A DNA stretch of 64,000 nucleotides from Hypanus sabinus (taxonomy: Eukaryota). The notes beneath the pieces are model-generated. The model had not been told where the DNA came from. It searched no databases and was given only the letters and a program-made list of their open reading frames with translations. The stretch is from NCBI RefSeq assembly GCF_030144855.1, contig NC_082710.1, forward strand, positions 119,164,001 through 119,228,000. The letters run 5' to 3'. Shown piece after piece: positions 24,986 through 38,364 of this stretch. Made by a program: the position numbers and the translations under genes. How positions within the stretch are numbered: position 1 is the stretch's first letter; each line of letters starts with the position of its first letter.

Positions 24986-26550
24986 CAAAGTTCGAAGTTA
25001 ATTTATTATCAGAACACATACATGTTACCAGATACAACTCTGAGATTCTTTATCTTGCGGGCATTTCTAGCAAATCTATAGAAGAGTAAACAGGATCAAT
25101 GAAAGAGCAAAAGCAGAACATGGAAGACAATAAACTGTTGAAATGCAACCATATACAGATACCAATAAATAACCAGAGTATGAAATAACAGGATAAAGAG
25201 TCCTTAAAGTGAGATCATTGGTTGTCAAACATCTTGATAAACACATGTGATTATCCTTTACTTTTCAAGAGCCTAATGGTTGAAGGGTAGGGTTCTGTGG
25301 CCGGCAACAATGAACATAAAATTGAGTCAGGTTTTATAAACAAACATAAACTTTTATAAACAAACATAAACATTTATTAAACTCTGCTCAACAAAAGTGA
25401 AAAGTAAACAAATGACTAACTTAACCAGATGTTAACTGCTATGCGGCAATTTAACGAACAGCCAAACTCTAGAATAGTTCTTAAAGTTCTAGCTTCGAAC
25501 ACAGTCTTAAAGTGGTAAATTCGAACATAGACCTTAAAGTGGTAAAGTGGTAAGTCCAGGTGATTTATACAGTCAGTAAGGAGACTTCCCTGAATACTGA
25601 TTTCTTCGAAGTAACAATGATCTGGCAATCCTATAGCCCAGCGATGCCTTATCCAAAGGATTTACGACGAAGGAAGTAAAATGGCTTAAAGGAACTGACC
25701 ATTTTGCTGGAGAGTGAAGACTGCACAAACCTTCCTAATCTTGCAGGGGTTATATCAGATGCAGATAACTATTCCTGAACAAAGATTCAATAAGGTCGAT
25801 CCTTAACAAAATTGCCAAGCAACACCAACTTTACTCAATCCTTCAGGTTCCCATACTTCGGTAAAGTCTTCACTCTTCTACTGGACTGTAAAGGTAAATC
25901 AACGATGCAACAAAACAGAACTGAGAGTGATTGGAGAAATTGCTGGCACAATAGTTTTTGCTCCTTACATTAGAAAGTGAAAACACTTTAAAAACAAAAC
26001 TGTGTCATGAGACGAACACACAGCAAAACTAACTAACGAACTGACTATCGAACTAACCTGCGTCACAACAGGGGTTTCCCCTTATATACCTGTTGGTGCA
26101 TTACATCATGTGACCACACACCGACAGGAAAATTACATCATGTGACCTCACACTGGAGGGAAAATTACATCACACCACCATCACAAGACCATTACATCCT
26201 GCTCACGAGATACTCAATTACATCATGGTCATAAGACAGTCACAAGACACCCACGGGTTATGTAACAGTAGCAATTGTTCTGAAACATGGTGGCACATAT
26301 CTTGAGGCACTTGTACCTTCTGCTTGATGGCAGCAGCGAGAAAATAGCATGGTCTGGGTGGTGAGGATCTTTGATGATAGATGCTGCTTTCCTAAGTTAG
26401 TGTCTCATGTGATGTGCTCAATTGTTGGGAAGGCTTTATCCATTATGTACTGGGTTGAATTTAATACCTTTTGTAGGATTTTCCATTCAAAGACATTGGT
26501 GTTCTAATATAAGGCCATAATGCAACTAATCAATAAGCTTCCCACTACAC
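24986..26550 (-). mobile_element. Rex/Babar LINE 3' fragment, split by the LTR at 25291-26267
   Basis: Same 3' UTR and KAASIIKDPHHP..LLPS.R.YK.L terminus as other copies. Confidence 0.75.
25291..26267 (-). mobile_element. Long solo LTR (~977 bp) with internal ATTACATCATGTGACC repeats
   Basis: 4-bp TSD GTAG; TGTTACA start on minus; the host LINE sequence rejoins across it. Confidence 0.7.
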
Positions 26551-26984
26551 AGACACAAGTATTATGCAAGTGTGCTGAAAAAATTCAAGCAGTGATTGAT
26601 ATCAGTTTCCTGTCAAACCTAGCTACTGTGTTCCAACCCTTGAACTCATTACTACAGATCAAGAATTAATGGCAATCGACAAAGCAGTGGGACATGGCTT
26701 TCAAAAAGGTAAAGTAAATAGTGATGCCAGTCACTGTCCTCACTCATTATGATATCCACATCATTCAGTGAAGCTTGCCTTATGGTATAGGTGAAATTAT
26801 GTCACATGTTATGATTGATGGAAGTGAATGCCTCATAGTCTTTGCATCGCCTTCCCTTACGGCATTATGTACACATTAACAGAGAGGTCTTGAGTCTGGT
26901 TTGGAGTATAAAACATTTCAACCAGTACTTCTATGGAAGAGAGTTTATGCTCATTACTAATCATAACATACATACTCACTACAT

Positions 26985-28640
26985 ACTAAACAACTTCTTC
27001 ATTTCTTCTACTGAAGTGCATGGCTCTATACTTCCCAACACTGCATTTCATCTGCCATTTCTTTGGTCATTCTCCAAATCTCTCTAAGTCCTTCTGTAGC
27101 CTCCCTAATTCCGCAACACTACCCTCCCTGACACCTATCTTAAGATGGTCTGCAAATTTTCCAACAAAGCCATCAATTCCAACATGCAAGTTATTATTAA
27201 ATAATGTAAAAAGTATCAGTTCCAACACAGACCCTCGTGGAACACCACTAGTCACTGGAAGCTAACAGGAAAAGGCTCCCTTTATTCCAATTCTTTGCCT
27301 CCTGCCAATCAACCATTGTTTTATCCATGCTAGAATCCTTCCTGTAATACCATGGGCTCGAGCTTGTTAAGCAGCCTTAAGTGTGGCAAAGACCTGTCAA
27401 AGGTCTTCTGAAATTCCAAGTACATAACATCAACCAATTATCCTTTGTCTATCCTGCTGGGTATTTCTTCAAAGAATTCCAACAGATTTGTCAGACAAGA
27501 ATTTCCCTTGAGGAAACCATGTTGACTATGGCCTATCAAGGCATGTGCTTCCAAGTACTCTGGGATCTCATCCATAATAATCAACTCCAACATCTTCCCA
27601 ACTACTGAGGTCAGACTAATTGGCCTATAGTTTCCTTTATCCAGTCTCTCTCCCTTCTTGAAGAGTGGAGCGACATTTGCAATTTTCCAGTCTTCCAGAA
27701 CCATTTCAGGATATGTTGATTCTTGAAAGATCATTACCTGTACGATCTCTTTAGTCACTACTTTCAGAACCCTGGGTGTCATTATTTGGTCCAGGTGACT
27801 TATCTACCTTCTGACTTTCAGTTTCCCATGAACCTTCTCTCTAGTTATGGTAACTTCACACATTTCATGACCCCTGACACCTGGATCTTCCTCTGTACTG
27901 CTGGTGGCTTCCAAAGTGAAGAGTGATGCAAAATACTTATTCAGTTCACCTGCCATTTCCTTGTCCCCCATTATTACCTCTCCAGCTTTATTTTCCAATA
28001 TCCACTCTTGCCTCTCTTTTACACTGTATGTATCTGTACAAACTTTTGGTATCTTCTTTAATATTATTGGCTAGCTTACTTTCATATTCCATCTTTACCT
28101 TCTTAATGACTTTTTTAGTTGCCTTCTGTTGGCTTTTAAAACGTTCCCAATCCTTTAAACTCCTACTAATTTTTCCTCTATTATATGTCCTGTCTTTGGT
28201 CTTTATGTTGGCTTTGACTTCTCTTGTTAGCCATAGTTGTGACATCTTTCATTAAGAATACTTCTTCCTCTCGGGGATGTATAAATCCTGTGCCTTCTGA
28301 ATTGCTTCCAGAAAATCCAGCCATTGTTCTTCTGTCATCATCCCTCCCAGTGTCCTTTTCCAAATAATTCTGGCCAACTCCTCTCTCCTGACTCTGTAAT
28401 TCCCTTTGCTCAACAGTAATACTGATACATCTGACTTTAGCATCGCCTTCCCAGATTTCAGGATGAAAACAATCTTAATGTTATTATGATCACTCTTCCC
28501 TAGAGGTTATTTTACCTTAAGCTTTCTATTCAATTCTGGTTCATTGCATAACAGCAATCGAGAATAGACGATTCCCTAGTGGGCTCCACCACAAGCTTCT
28601 CTAAAAAGCCATGTTGTAGGCACTCTAGAAATTCCCCTGG
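26985..28640 (-). mobile_element. CR1 LINE ORF2 fragment
   Basis: DWKIANVAPLFKKG..GNYRPISLTSVVGKMLE..SQHGFLKGNSCLTNLLEFFE; TSGVPRGSVL..KFADHLK. Confidence 0.92.
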
Positions 28641-28703
28641 TAGGCCTAAATGTGACAATGTAAAATTTAACATTCTCTATTTTTTTTTGGGGGGGGGAGA
28701 GAG

Positions 28704-28705
28704 GG

Positions 28706-28740
<35 letters not shown>
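28704..28740. repeat. Compound (GT)n(GA)n microsatellite
   Basis: Seen directly. Confidence 0.95.
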
Positions 28741-28803
28741 TCTGTGTATATAGTTCAGATGTATTCTACGTTTAGTTGGAGTTTATAGCTAAGCAAACAG
28801 AAG

Positions 28804-29027
28804 TGTTGTGTATTTAATATGCCAGTAATTGTTCGATTAAGCATTCTTTTGCTGTACGCATATCTTGTTATGAGCTATCTGTAAAAGTATGTGAATGGCA
28901 TACGTCATTATGCCACAATGTCATGTGTGCCTGCCTCACTAAAGTAAAATAAAACTAAGAAACACATATCCCCAGATCCATGTATTACTTTCTGTCAGTT
29001 TTAGTTTTGGAGTTACAAAACATAGCA
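28804..29027 (+). repeat. Probable 3' LTR of the Gypsy element at 24116-26970
   Basis: TGTTGTG...ATAGCA termini, internal AATAAA, purine-rich tract upstream. Confidence 0.5.
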
Positions 29028-29514
29028 CATCCACCCTCAATAGTGTTATTATTAATAGTCAGTATTGACTAGCTTACTAATGAATGAATAAAAAAAGCAC
29101 AAAATAATGTGCCAATCACCTTGATGAAAGTGCAAAGTGATACCAGCATAGAGAAGAAAGCAGGGTGCCTTGAAACTAACTAAACACAATCATCAGCTGG
29201 GTATTGTTTCTGCAAAGACACTGAGAGATGACAACAACACATTTAAAGTATTTATAAGTTGGGATTTTAAAATGACTGAGACAAATTGAATATTTGTAAC
29301 ATTGTTGCATTATTGAGAAGGCAAACTGTGTGGTTTTCCTCTCTAATCAGGATCACAGGATGAACATACAAACAGATGCAGAGAGATCTGAAAGTCTATG
29401 GTTAAAAGGCACCAAAGTGTTTCCTTTGATTATTTAATACTGCAGCAGGATAAACATAAATTATACATGTAGACACTTAATTAGCAACAATCACAAAATA
29501 ATAAAAATAATTAT

Positions 29515-30520
29515 AATCAGAATCAGGTTGAATATCACTGGTATATGGCATGAAATTTGTTGTTATGCGGTAGCAGAAGAGGGAAATAAATAAAATAATA
29601 AAATAAACTAGAAGTTACATTAAGTATACATAAAAACCCTAAATTAAATAAGTAGTGCAAAAAGAGAGGAAAAATAGTAAAGTAATGTTCATGTATTCAT
29701 TATCCATTCAGAGATCACCTTTTGAAAGTGTTCTCAATGCTGGGCAGGCTAGAGCCCATGACACAGTCTTCTCAAACTCCAAATGAAATATAGCTGCTGT
29801 TGTACCTTCTTTGTAATTGCATCGATATGTTGGGCCCAGCGTAGATCTTCCAAGATTTTGCAGCCAAGAACTGGAAACAGTTCAATTTTTCCACTGCTTA
29901 TCCCCCGGTGAAGACTGGCGTATATTTCTCTGACTTTCCACTCCTGAAGTCCACAATCAATCCCTTGGTCTTATTGACATTAAGTGCAAGGTTGTTATTG
30001 TAACTCTACTCACACTGCTGATCTATCTCACTCCTGTATGCCTCCTTGTCACCATCTAAAATTCTGCCAACTATAGCTGTCAAATTTTTAGATGCTGTTT
30101 GAGTTGTGCCTAACCACATAATCATGATTATAGAGAGAATTGAGCTGTGTGCACGTATCCTTGATGTGCACCCGTGTTGATTCTAACTGAGGAGGAGATG
30201 TTAGTTCTGTTCCATGCAGACTGTGATCTCATGGTGAGGATGCCGAGGATTGAATTGCAGAGGGAGTTACAGAGGCCTAGGATTTGGAGTTTGTAGATTC
30301 GAACTGAGGGTATGATTTTGTTGACTGCCAAGCTGTAATCAATAAACAGTAGCCTGACGTAGGTATTATTACAGTCCAGGTGATCGGACTCTGAGTAGAG
30401 TTTGTGTCCACTTTTGACCTTTTGTGGCGATAGGCAAATTGTGGTGGATCTAAGCCCTTACTTAGGCAGGAGTTGATGCTGGCCTTGACCATCAGAGCTG
30501 CACATAAAGTGTTGCTGGTT
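29515..30520 (-). mobile_element. Rex/Babar LINE fragment with (TCTGAT)n-type tail
   Basis: LDPPQFAYRHKRS, KLQILGLCNSLCNSIL..NTGAHQG. Confidence 0.8.
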
Positions 30521-31975
30521 ATTGGCGTCAGCTTGCAAGCCAAAAAGGTCTAGTCACCAATTTGGTGCTTCTTTTCCTATAACTGCAATAAAAATGTATG
30601 AGTTTAACAACCTTTGGAAACCACTAGTAAAGGAAGGCCAATAAACAAAATCCCTTGAAAAATTGTTTTCTAATATCAGTGACTACTTGTGTATGTTCAG
30701 TACAACAATTGGGGGGGGGGGTGCTACAACTCTTTATTTCACAGTACTAGCATTTCCTCTCAATAGAACCATATTATGCACTCAAATGAAAACTGATTGC
30801 AATGACTGCAGAAATCTTTCAGTTTCCTCAACTGTTTGCTGATTAAATCCTGCCCCTCCTTTCAATGGAGTCTTTTCAACTTTCCTTTGCAAGTTCATAT
30901 GCCATTACTGGAATATTCTCATTTACCACACATCGCATCAAAATCTCATTTTGATTTTTAACGTTAGAGATCTCATTAAAACCTTGACAAAGCATCTGTA
31001 ATGTTTGATGACTTCTTGTATCTAATCGTGTTGGCATATTTTCACGGAAGGATTGCCCTCTTTGCATCCTTGATGATAAATTAATCAATATCTTTGATAA
31101 GAGAAGTAATATTGAAACAGAAAAAATCACATGACTCTCCTGCTTAATCTGAGTTGCATGCAAACAGCACATGGATATACAGTTGCCTGTTTAAAATTTA
31201 ATTTGCAAAAGCATTTAATGACTGATAGATAAACACAAAAAGTACCAACAAGGAAGGTAAAGTTGGCATTCTGTGATTAGGTTATTCCCTGGCTCTAGCT
31301 CACCTTGATAGTCTTCCACTTATCTAGCACAAAATCAGTTGCAAAACTTGTTTCCCATCTACTTTAGAAAAGTAATCGGAGAACAGATATCATGTGAAGT
31401 GCTTTTTTTTTCTTTTTGCAAATCAATAGTTATTAGATTTAATTGTACATTTGTGAACTTATCACAGGATACAATCTGTAATTGTAAGAAGTGATATGTT
31501 ATGAAAATAAAGCTGCTCGCCACTATGAGCTCAAAATTACTTGGATCAATCACACTGGGATCAAATAAATTAAATTTCAATAACTTCAGTTACACTATTG
31601 ATTTTGATTTCATGTTTTTGAAGGGAGAATGCATTTCAAATTAGGATCTTTTAAGGAGTATTTGCAAAACTATGTTCCTTAGGAGCAGTATTATAAATCT
31701 ATACTGATGATACTAAATCTATACTGCTGAAAGTGAAGCAATGTGAGCTCATAAAGCCACATCCACTGGGCATTTTTGTTTGATGGATTAACAGAGTGAA
31801 GAGCAAAATTGCAAGCCTATACACCTGACTTGAAATGCTCCTAAGTCTGGCAATAAAAATGAATTAGCAGAAAACCAGAGGTTCCAGTGTTCCATTGGAC
31901 TCAACTTTTTATCCTTTTTTTTATCTACATACCAGCTGGATGCAGTTTCCCTTTGTAAATAGAGCCTCCAAGTAA

Positions 31976-32768
31976 TTTGGAACAACAAAGATTTTACTTT
32001 CTGAGTACCTTTGGGTGTAGCTTATGGACTTTGGGCTGCTGATCATAAAAATCACCATGAAATTTCCCCATCACGCACCATTTGTTTAAATCCCCTATAT
32101 TTGATATTTCAATTCATAACTCAAATTAGAACAACCAATGCCAAGATAAAAAAAAAAAGGATTTTTGTTCCACAATCAAGCAGTTCATCAATGACAGGCA
32201 ATTCAGAGAACTTCTGGTGGGACTGGAGAAAATCACATCGAAGGCATTCAGAATGTTGTTGAAAATTTGTTTGGCAACTACAGAGCACCAAGCTACATGC
32301 AGCTGCTTAACAACATGCTTCAAGCATACAAAACTATGAAGTGTAACATGTCAGTAAAGATTAATTTTCTGTATTCCTATTTAGACTTCTTCCCTGCAGA
32401 TCTTGACACTGTCAAGTGATGAGCATGGTGAAAGGTTTCACCAGGACATTGTGGTCATGGAGGAGTATCAGGGCAACTGGACTGCATCATTGCTGACTAA
32501 TTATTGTTGAACACTTAGAAGCTTCAGATACTGAGTACAAATGAAAATCAATAACAAAACTTTTTTTTAGCTGAGTTGAACTGTTGCAAAATGTCAGCAG
32601 CATTCTGCAATTAAATGCATCATATTAAATTAATATCTTGTTTCTCCAAATTCCTATGTAATACAAATAATCTGAAATTGTATTTTTACTCAGCTTCAAG
32701 TGGTCTAACATAAACAAAATAACATTTCTGAGGAACCAGCACTTCTGAAAAAAAATTGTTGTCCGTTG
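31976..32768 (+). mobile_element. Chapaev3-like (CMC) DNA transposon, internally deleted
   Basis: CNMSVKINFLYSYLDFFP..SDEHGERFHQDI..YQGNW..LLTNYC; degenerate GGACAACAA-type TIRs; 3-bp TSD TAA (31973-31975 and 32769-32771). Confidence 0.8.
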
Positions 32769-33035
32769 TAATTAGTTCATGATAAGAATTGGAATTCGTT
32801 TCTAAAAGAGCTGTCTTCTGGAAGTTCTTATTCACTCAAGCTTCTTTGAGCTTTGAAAGCATGTCTGAAGCACATTTAGCAGAGTGATACTGGCATTGCT
32901 TTATATTCAGATTGGACAGGGAAAAAAGGGATAAGTAAAAGAAGTAGTTAAGATGTTGGGAATTCAAAAACATCATGTTTTCAAGATCACTTTTTCCAAA
33001 GTCAGCCCATGGAAGGAAATGTATGTCATTCTCAC

Positions 33036-33207
33036 GTCTCAGCTACTTTTGGCTAGTTTGATCGCTCTTCTGCAGCGTAACTCTTGACATCATATTTCAC
33101 TGGATGTTTCAGTCAATGCACTGCTCAAAATTTCTATCTTGTCAATATTAGTGCTCCACATGACCCTATACAACTCAACCCTTGCATCTCAACAAGAGGG
33201 GTGAGAC
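33036..33207 (-). pseudogene. Exon-like island with three in-frame TGA
   Basis: TTTATGTTTTCAG| then SHPSC*DARVELYRVMWSTNIDKIEILSSALTETSSEI*CQELRCRRAIKLAKSS*D then |GTGAGA. Confidence 0.55.
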
Positions 33208-36164
33208 CTGAAAACATAAATAGCTTTCAATGTACTCCATCAGCCTGACAATGAAGCAGCTTGCTGCTAATATCAGACTTTCAAATGTGCTTTCCTGCTG
33301 GACTTCTGCTTTTACAAAGTTTGAAAAATGCATGACTGACCTGAATTGTAAGAACTAGGGCAAATATACCAATTCTATCAACTCTCTACATTATTAATAA
33401 TTAGACTTATGAAATCATAACTGGCAGCTTTACTATTTTCAGTCTCCTAATAATGTTTGATATTTTTAAATATCTGACATTTTCTCATTCTGTACTGATC
33501 CTTCGTTTCTTCCTTCCTTTTGTTTGTTGCCATTGTCATAAAATTGTACATTCTCATTAACACTTCACCAGCCAGCAGACATAAACTACTCTTCTGAGCT
33601 CATGAACAACTCTATAAAATTTTGTCCTTCAATATTTTCGTACTCTACATTTTTATCTTCAATATTTTCTCCTTCAAGGCCTGCAGATCCTCCAACTACT
33701 CAAACAAATCTTCACAAGAAGAAATGCTGATTGTGACATGAAATAAACAATTCTGATTACTTAGTTAAGTAACAGGAGTAAACATATTTATATGGAGTTG
33801 TGTTATTTCCTAAACAAACAAACAGGGATAAATTGAATTGCTCTTTTGATCATATTTGAATATATTTATGCCAATTAAGAATATGTTTCCTTCTTTGAGG
33901 AGTAGAAGTTGAAGTGCTCAGTCATGATATCATCATTTTTGGCATTGAGATACACATGCAGGGCTTCTGCTGCTCGTTCAGCATAACAACAGTGGAATAG
34001 TCTCAAAAACCCAGGAGAAAGGATATGAATAGACCCTCTTAACATTTTCCATAATCCTCTGGTGGAGCGGTACCAGATGGTCAGAAGAACACCTGTGGAA
34101 ATTCATCCATGGTGTGCAAGTAAACATAAGCAATTTGGACAACACAAAGCAGATTAGTGCATTAGTTTATTGAAATGAACCACTTGTTCACATATTGCAT
34201 TTTGCATTTGAGTTGCAACAGCGTGAACTTAAACCTTATTTCACTGACAGTACAATATTTTAGTCTGACAATTTAGTGCAGTACGGAGTTACTGATGCAC
34301 TATTGGAGATAGCATCTTTCAGACAAGATAGCAACCTCTCTCAGATAGATGTAAAGATTTTGTTACCTTAATTTGGTGAGGAACTGAGACTACTCCCCAG
34401 TATATCTCACAGTCAAAATAATGAATAGCAAAATGCTTAATGATTAAGTTGTCATTTGTCAGACCTTGCTGTATACAAATTGTCTGTACACTTCTTACTA
34501 GACAAAAGTGATTATAAAGCAAATGTATTTCATTGGCTGGGAAGCATTTTAGGATGTGCTCATGCTATAAATTTCTGTTCATTCATTTTGTTTTCTCTCA
34601 GTTAATGGGAATTTTGGCACAGCGGTGATGTTACTTGATTCATGATCCCAGTGGTTTGGACAAGTGATCTGGAGATATTAGTTCAAATCTACTACAGTGG
34701 CTCAGTTAATTAAAGCAATTGGGAATAAGATCATTAAAGATATCTACGCATTTAACATATTGTAGCAAAATCTTTTAATTTTCACAGATATCCTTCATGG
34801 AATGAGACCTGTTATCCCCATTTAGTTTGGCTTATATTTAACTTCAAAAAGGAGGCAATGAGCTTGACTCTTAATGAGACCTCTCATTCCTGTTAATTGC
34901 ATGAGTTAAAGACCAAACCACCGTAAAGTAAAACAATAATAAAAATTGCACCAAAGAACTGACTTGACATACCTTAGGCATTGGATTGTAGATAGTAAAT
35001 TGTAAATAAATTTATTATTTTTACATGTGCTGAGCTGCAGTAAAAAAAGATTGATTTGCATATCATCTCTGAGACCATTGCGCCGCATTCATGCATTGAG
35101 GTAGTGTAAGACTGAGGTCGCTAGAAGCTTTGAAGACCATCTGAGTGAGCTAGTTTCCATGAGCAAAGGTATCTGGAAAAACATCACATGCAGATGATGT
35201 TATCTTGTAGAAAATAGTACAGACAGAGGAATGGCAAAATGAATGACAGAATGATGGGTTTACAGAAAGAAGAACTAGAAATGATTTCTCAACCTTCAAT
35301 TTTTATGATGGATGACTCATTTAGACAATAGACAATAGACAATAGGTGCAGAAGTAGACCATTCGGCCCCTCGAGTCTGCACCGCCATTCTGAGATCATG
35401 GCTGATTCTCTGCAACTCGCTGGTATCTTCTTCTAGCTTGTAAGAATTATACCCATGTTTGGAAATTCTTTGTAGTTTGTAAATCTTTTATAAACTAGAA
35501 ATCCTCTGAGAGTGTTATGTGTAGAGAGTAGGTTACACCACATAAGCAGTAGCTATTGGCAGTTAAACCTCACCGCAGATGCTTGATAGGGAAGTAAGCT
35601 AATCCTTGAAGAGCAGGAGGATACAGTAGAGCCTCCCTATAGTAAGAGTACCATTAGATACCTATATCAGATAGGACTTAAATTCTTCTTTTGAGCTTAG
35701 AAAATTATGGATAGGGAACACAATACTGTTATAGATTCAAACATTTATTTAGAAAATCAGTGTATTACTGTAACTGGCTATAAAATTCAAAATTGTAATG
35801 TTGTTCCACTAATGCACTTGGTAATGGCCTACAAAACCATGTACACAAAATCTTACTTTTCAGGCATCATCCTCTGTTCACATGTCCAGTGTCATTGTTA
35901 AGGCAAGTCTACATTGTTCAGTTAACAGTGTTATATAAGAGAGAGTGTGTGGCCCTTAGGATTCTCAGCATTGGAACTGAATCATATGATCTTGCAAATC
36001 AAACTTAAATGAGTAAAACTACATTACCAAAAATTTAGTTCATTCAACTAACTCATACCCCTCACATCCCTTTATTGACCCATCATGTGAGACTGATTTT
36101 ACTCAGGTGTGTGATGAGGTCTCAATTGTTGAGATTCAAGTACATCAACAGGATTGTCTTAGAG

Positions 36165-36910
36165 CAGTGGTTCCCAATGTGGGGCGTACGCCCCACAGGA
36201 GGGTAATTTGATTTTTAAGGGGGGCAATTTGAGAATGTGTAATTAACAGTGAATTTTTTCTAGTAAGTCTGTGTGAGTATGAGTGTGTGTGGGAGTTAAT
36301 ACATATGTGTATATACAGTATGCATACATAAAAATACTTGTGTGTATGTACATGTGTAGTTGCGTATGTACTGTATATATAGTGTATCACCGTCATTACA
36401 ACCATCAAATCGCTTTCATAATTAAATTAATGAATTGACTGATGTAGGAAGGAATGAATGAACAAGTCCAAACGCGTAAGAAACTCGTACGAAGTCGTGC
36501 CAATGCTGCTTTTTGCAGTAGCTTTCGGTTCTTGGTCGTGTGAAGGTGTGTACATTGCGTCATCTCTTTTAAATGGTGTATCTGTCTTTGTATGCTGTAG
36601 AAACGAATCGGCATTGTTTTATTTATCTATTATTATTATTTTAATATCACTTAATGTTATTTTTTTTTACAATTTCTTAGTAATTTCTTCCTCAGAACTT
36701 TAACAGTCCTTTGGTTCTTTTATTTTTCTCTTTCATGAATGCCATGTTCTTTGGAAGCTTGTTTAAACCAAGTTAATGGTCTTTTAGTCTTCCTCCAGGT
36801 GAATAGGAGTTCACTTTTTGAATAATAAGAATTATATATCATCACAGGGGGCATCAGGATTTTAGAGGTGATTAGGTGGGGCATGGCCAAAAAAAGGTTG
36901 GGAACCACTG
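36165..36910. mobile_element. Non-autonomous hAT (Buster/Charlie-type) MITE, 746 bp
   Basis: Perfect 13-bp TIR CAGTGGTTCCCAA and perfect 8-bp TSD TCTTAGAG. Confidence 0.97.
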
Positions 36911-38364
36911 TCTTAGAGGAACGACAACAAGTAGGGTTCACTGAATTTTAAATTCTTACCTTCCATACTGGGCTTGTGGAAGGCAGTGATGGAACCAGCA
37001 AAAGGGAAAAATCTACTTGACTGTCCCATCACCAAGTTACTTCTTGTAGATACGTCCATTAGTATGTTGGTTGGTGAGATTGATAGCATCACAGTGCTTG
37101 CGCAAATTATTTTCACTAAAGATGCAGCCCAAGTGAGGCAGATTCAAAAGAAAAATTCAGCTTTACACCAATGGTCAAAGTGAAGTGAAGAGAGGGATGT
37201 TTCAATGGTAAAAAGCATGAACAGCTTTTCTGGATCAAAACTCACCAATGCTCCGCTGATATTGAGATACATCGAAGGATGTGCTGGGTTACATCTTCAG
37301 TGAAGTAACCTGGGGTCATCAGGTGCTTTGGGTCTTTCAACATCAGACACTCTCACCCACAGAGTATTATAGAAGAGAATTGACTGGAACTGTTCAAACA
37401 CATTGTATATAAACACATTATAAATTACTTTCACATAATAGTTCAGACTGGAATCACAACCAGGCCAAACCAGTATAAGATCATTGAACTTAACCACTCT
37501 CATATTATAATAAAGGGAATTTATTAATTAGAAAAAATGCATAATGGCTGACTTTTCAATCAAAATTCATATCTATTTGTCTTGATTCCAAATTTAAGTA
37601 TTAAAACCAATTGTTTCTTTGCATTTCTGTTCCCTGTGCACCTGCTCTTTCAGTGTGGCTAACAATTACAGAGAGAAAACATGAATCAGTACTTCGGTAC
37701 AATATGTGTCATCTAAATTAAGCAGCTATTGAAAGGATCTATCAAAAGCTGTTGTTTAATTTTAATACACAGCAAGACCATGCATCGCATATTCAATTAG
37801 GTTGTCTAACAGAAATCCTGTCAATAGATCTTGATGCTATAAATGAAATCTACAAAGACTGGAGCTACAGTATGTACGTGCAATGAGAGCAGGTATTGAT
37901 GTAGAAAAATTACCTTATTAATACTGTGCACAAGAGAACAATATCTGACATATCACTGAATCTCATTCAAAAGTTACATCATTTGGTTATCATCCAACTT
38001 TGTGTTCAGAAATGGTTGATTCAAGGCAAACTTTTGTCTCAGGGTAATGCCAGAATTCTGTTGTCCCACTTTCTGGTGATGACATTACCAGTTCATAAAA
38101 ATATAAGCTGACCTATAAAACTCTAAAGTACCAGAAAAAAAAAGCTTCAAAATCTGGAACAACACCATGAGAGCTGACAACTTAAGAACACTGAGTGATA
38201 TCATAAAACTGCCCTCAGTAAAAGTCCATCACCAAGGTTACTATTTCAAGGTGACCAAGTAGAGTTTGGGAAGACATTGTAAGTCTCCTTCTTTCCTGTG
38301 AACAATGGAATCTAATAACTAACATATATAACACATTTATAGAAGATGTATGCATCTAAGAGGA

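Larger units (their letters stand above)
24116..26970 (+). mobile_element. pol: Decayed Gypsy pol (RT, RNase H), fragmented by later insertions
   Basis: VFKDGIGKLK..SPWAMPVVP..SVRTCG.F.VTIN..PLPRIEDAFANL; YLDDIIVT at ~24843; INREVLSLVWSIKHFNQYFYGREFMLITNH at ~26875-26965. Confidence 0.88.

Noticed and set aside
26100-26230. CRISPR-like repeats (ATTACATCATGTGACC)
   Set aside because: Degenerate short tandem repeats inside an LTR in eukaryotic DNA; no unique spacers or cas genes.
30780-31186. Cytokine-like (IL-15/IL-21) C-terminal ERFLQSLQSVF and a signal-peptide-like start in ORF 30876..31172
   Set aside because: Needs a frameshift, lacks the conserved cysteines and exon structure, and the match is too short.
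33036-33207. Selenoprotein or readthrough interpretation of the in-frame TGAs
   Set aside because: Neighbouring islands also carry TAA/TAG stops, frameshifts and dead donors, so pseudogenisation is simpler.
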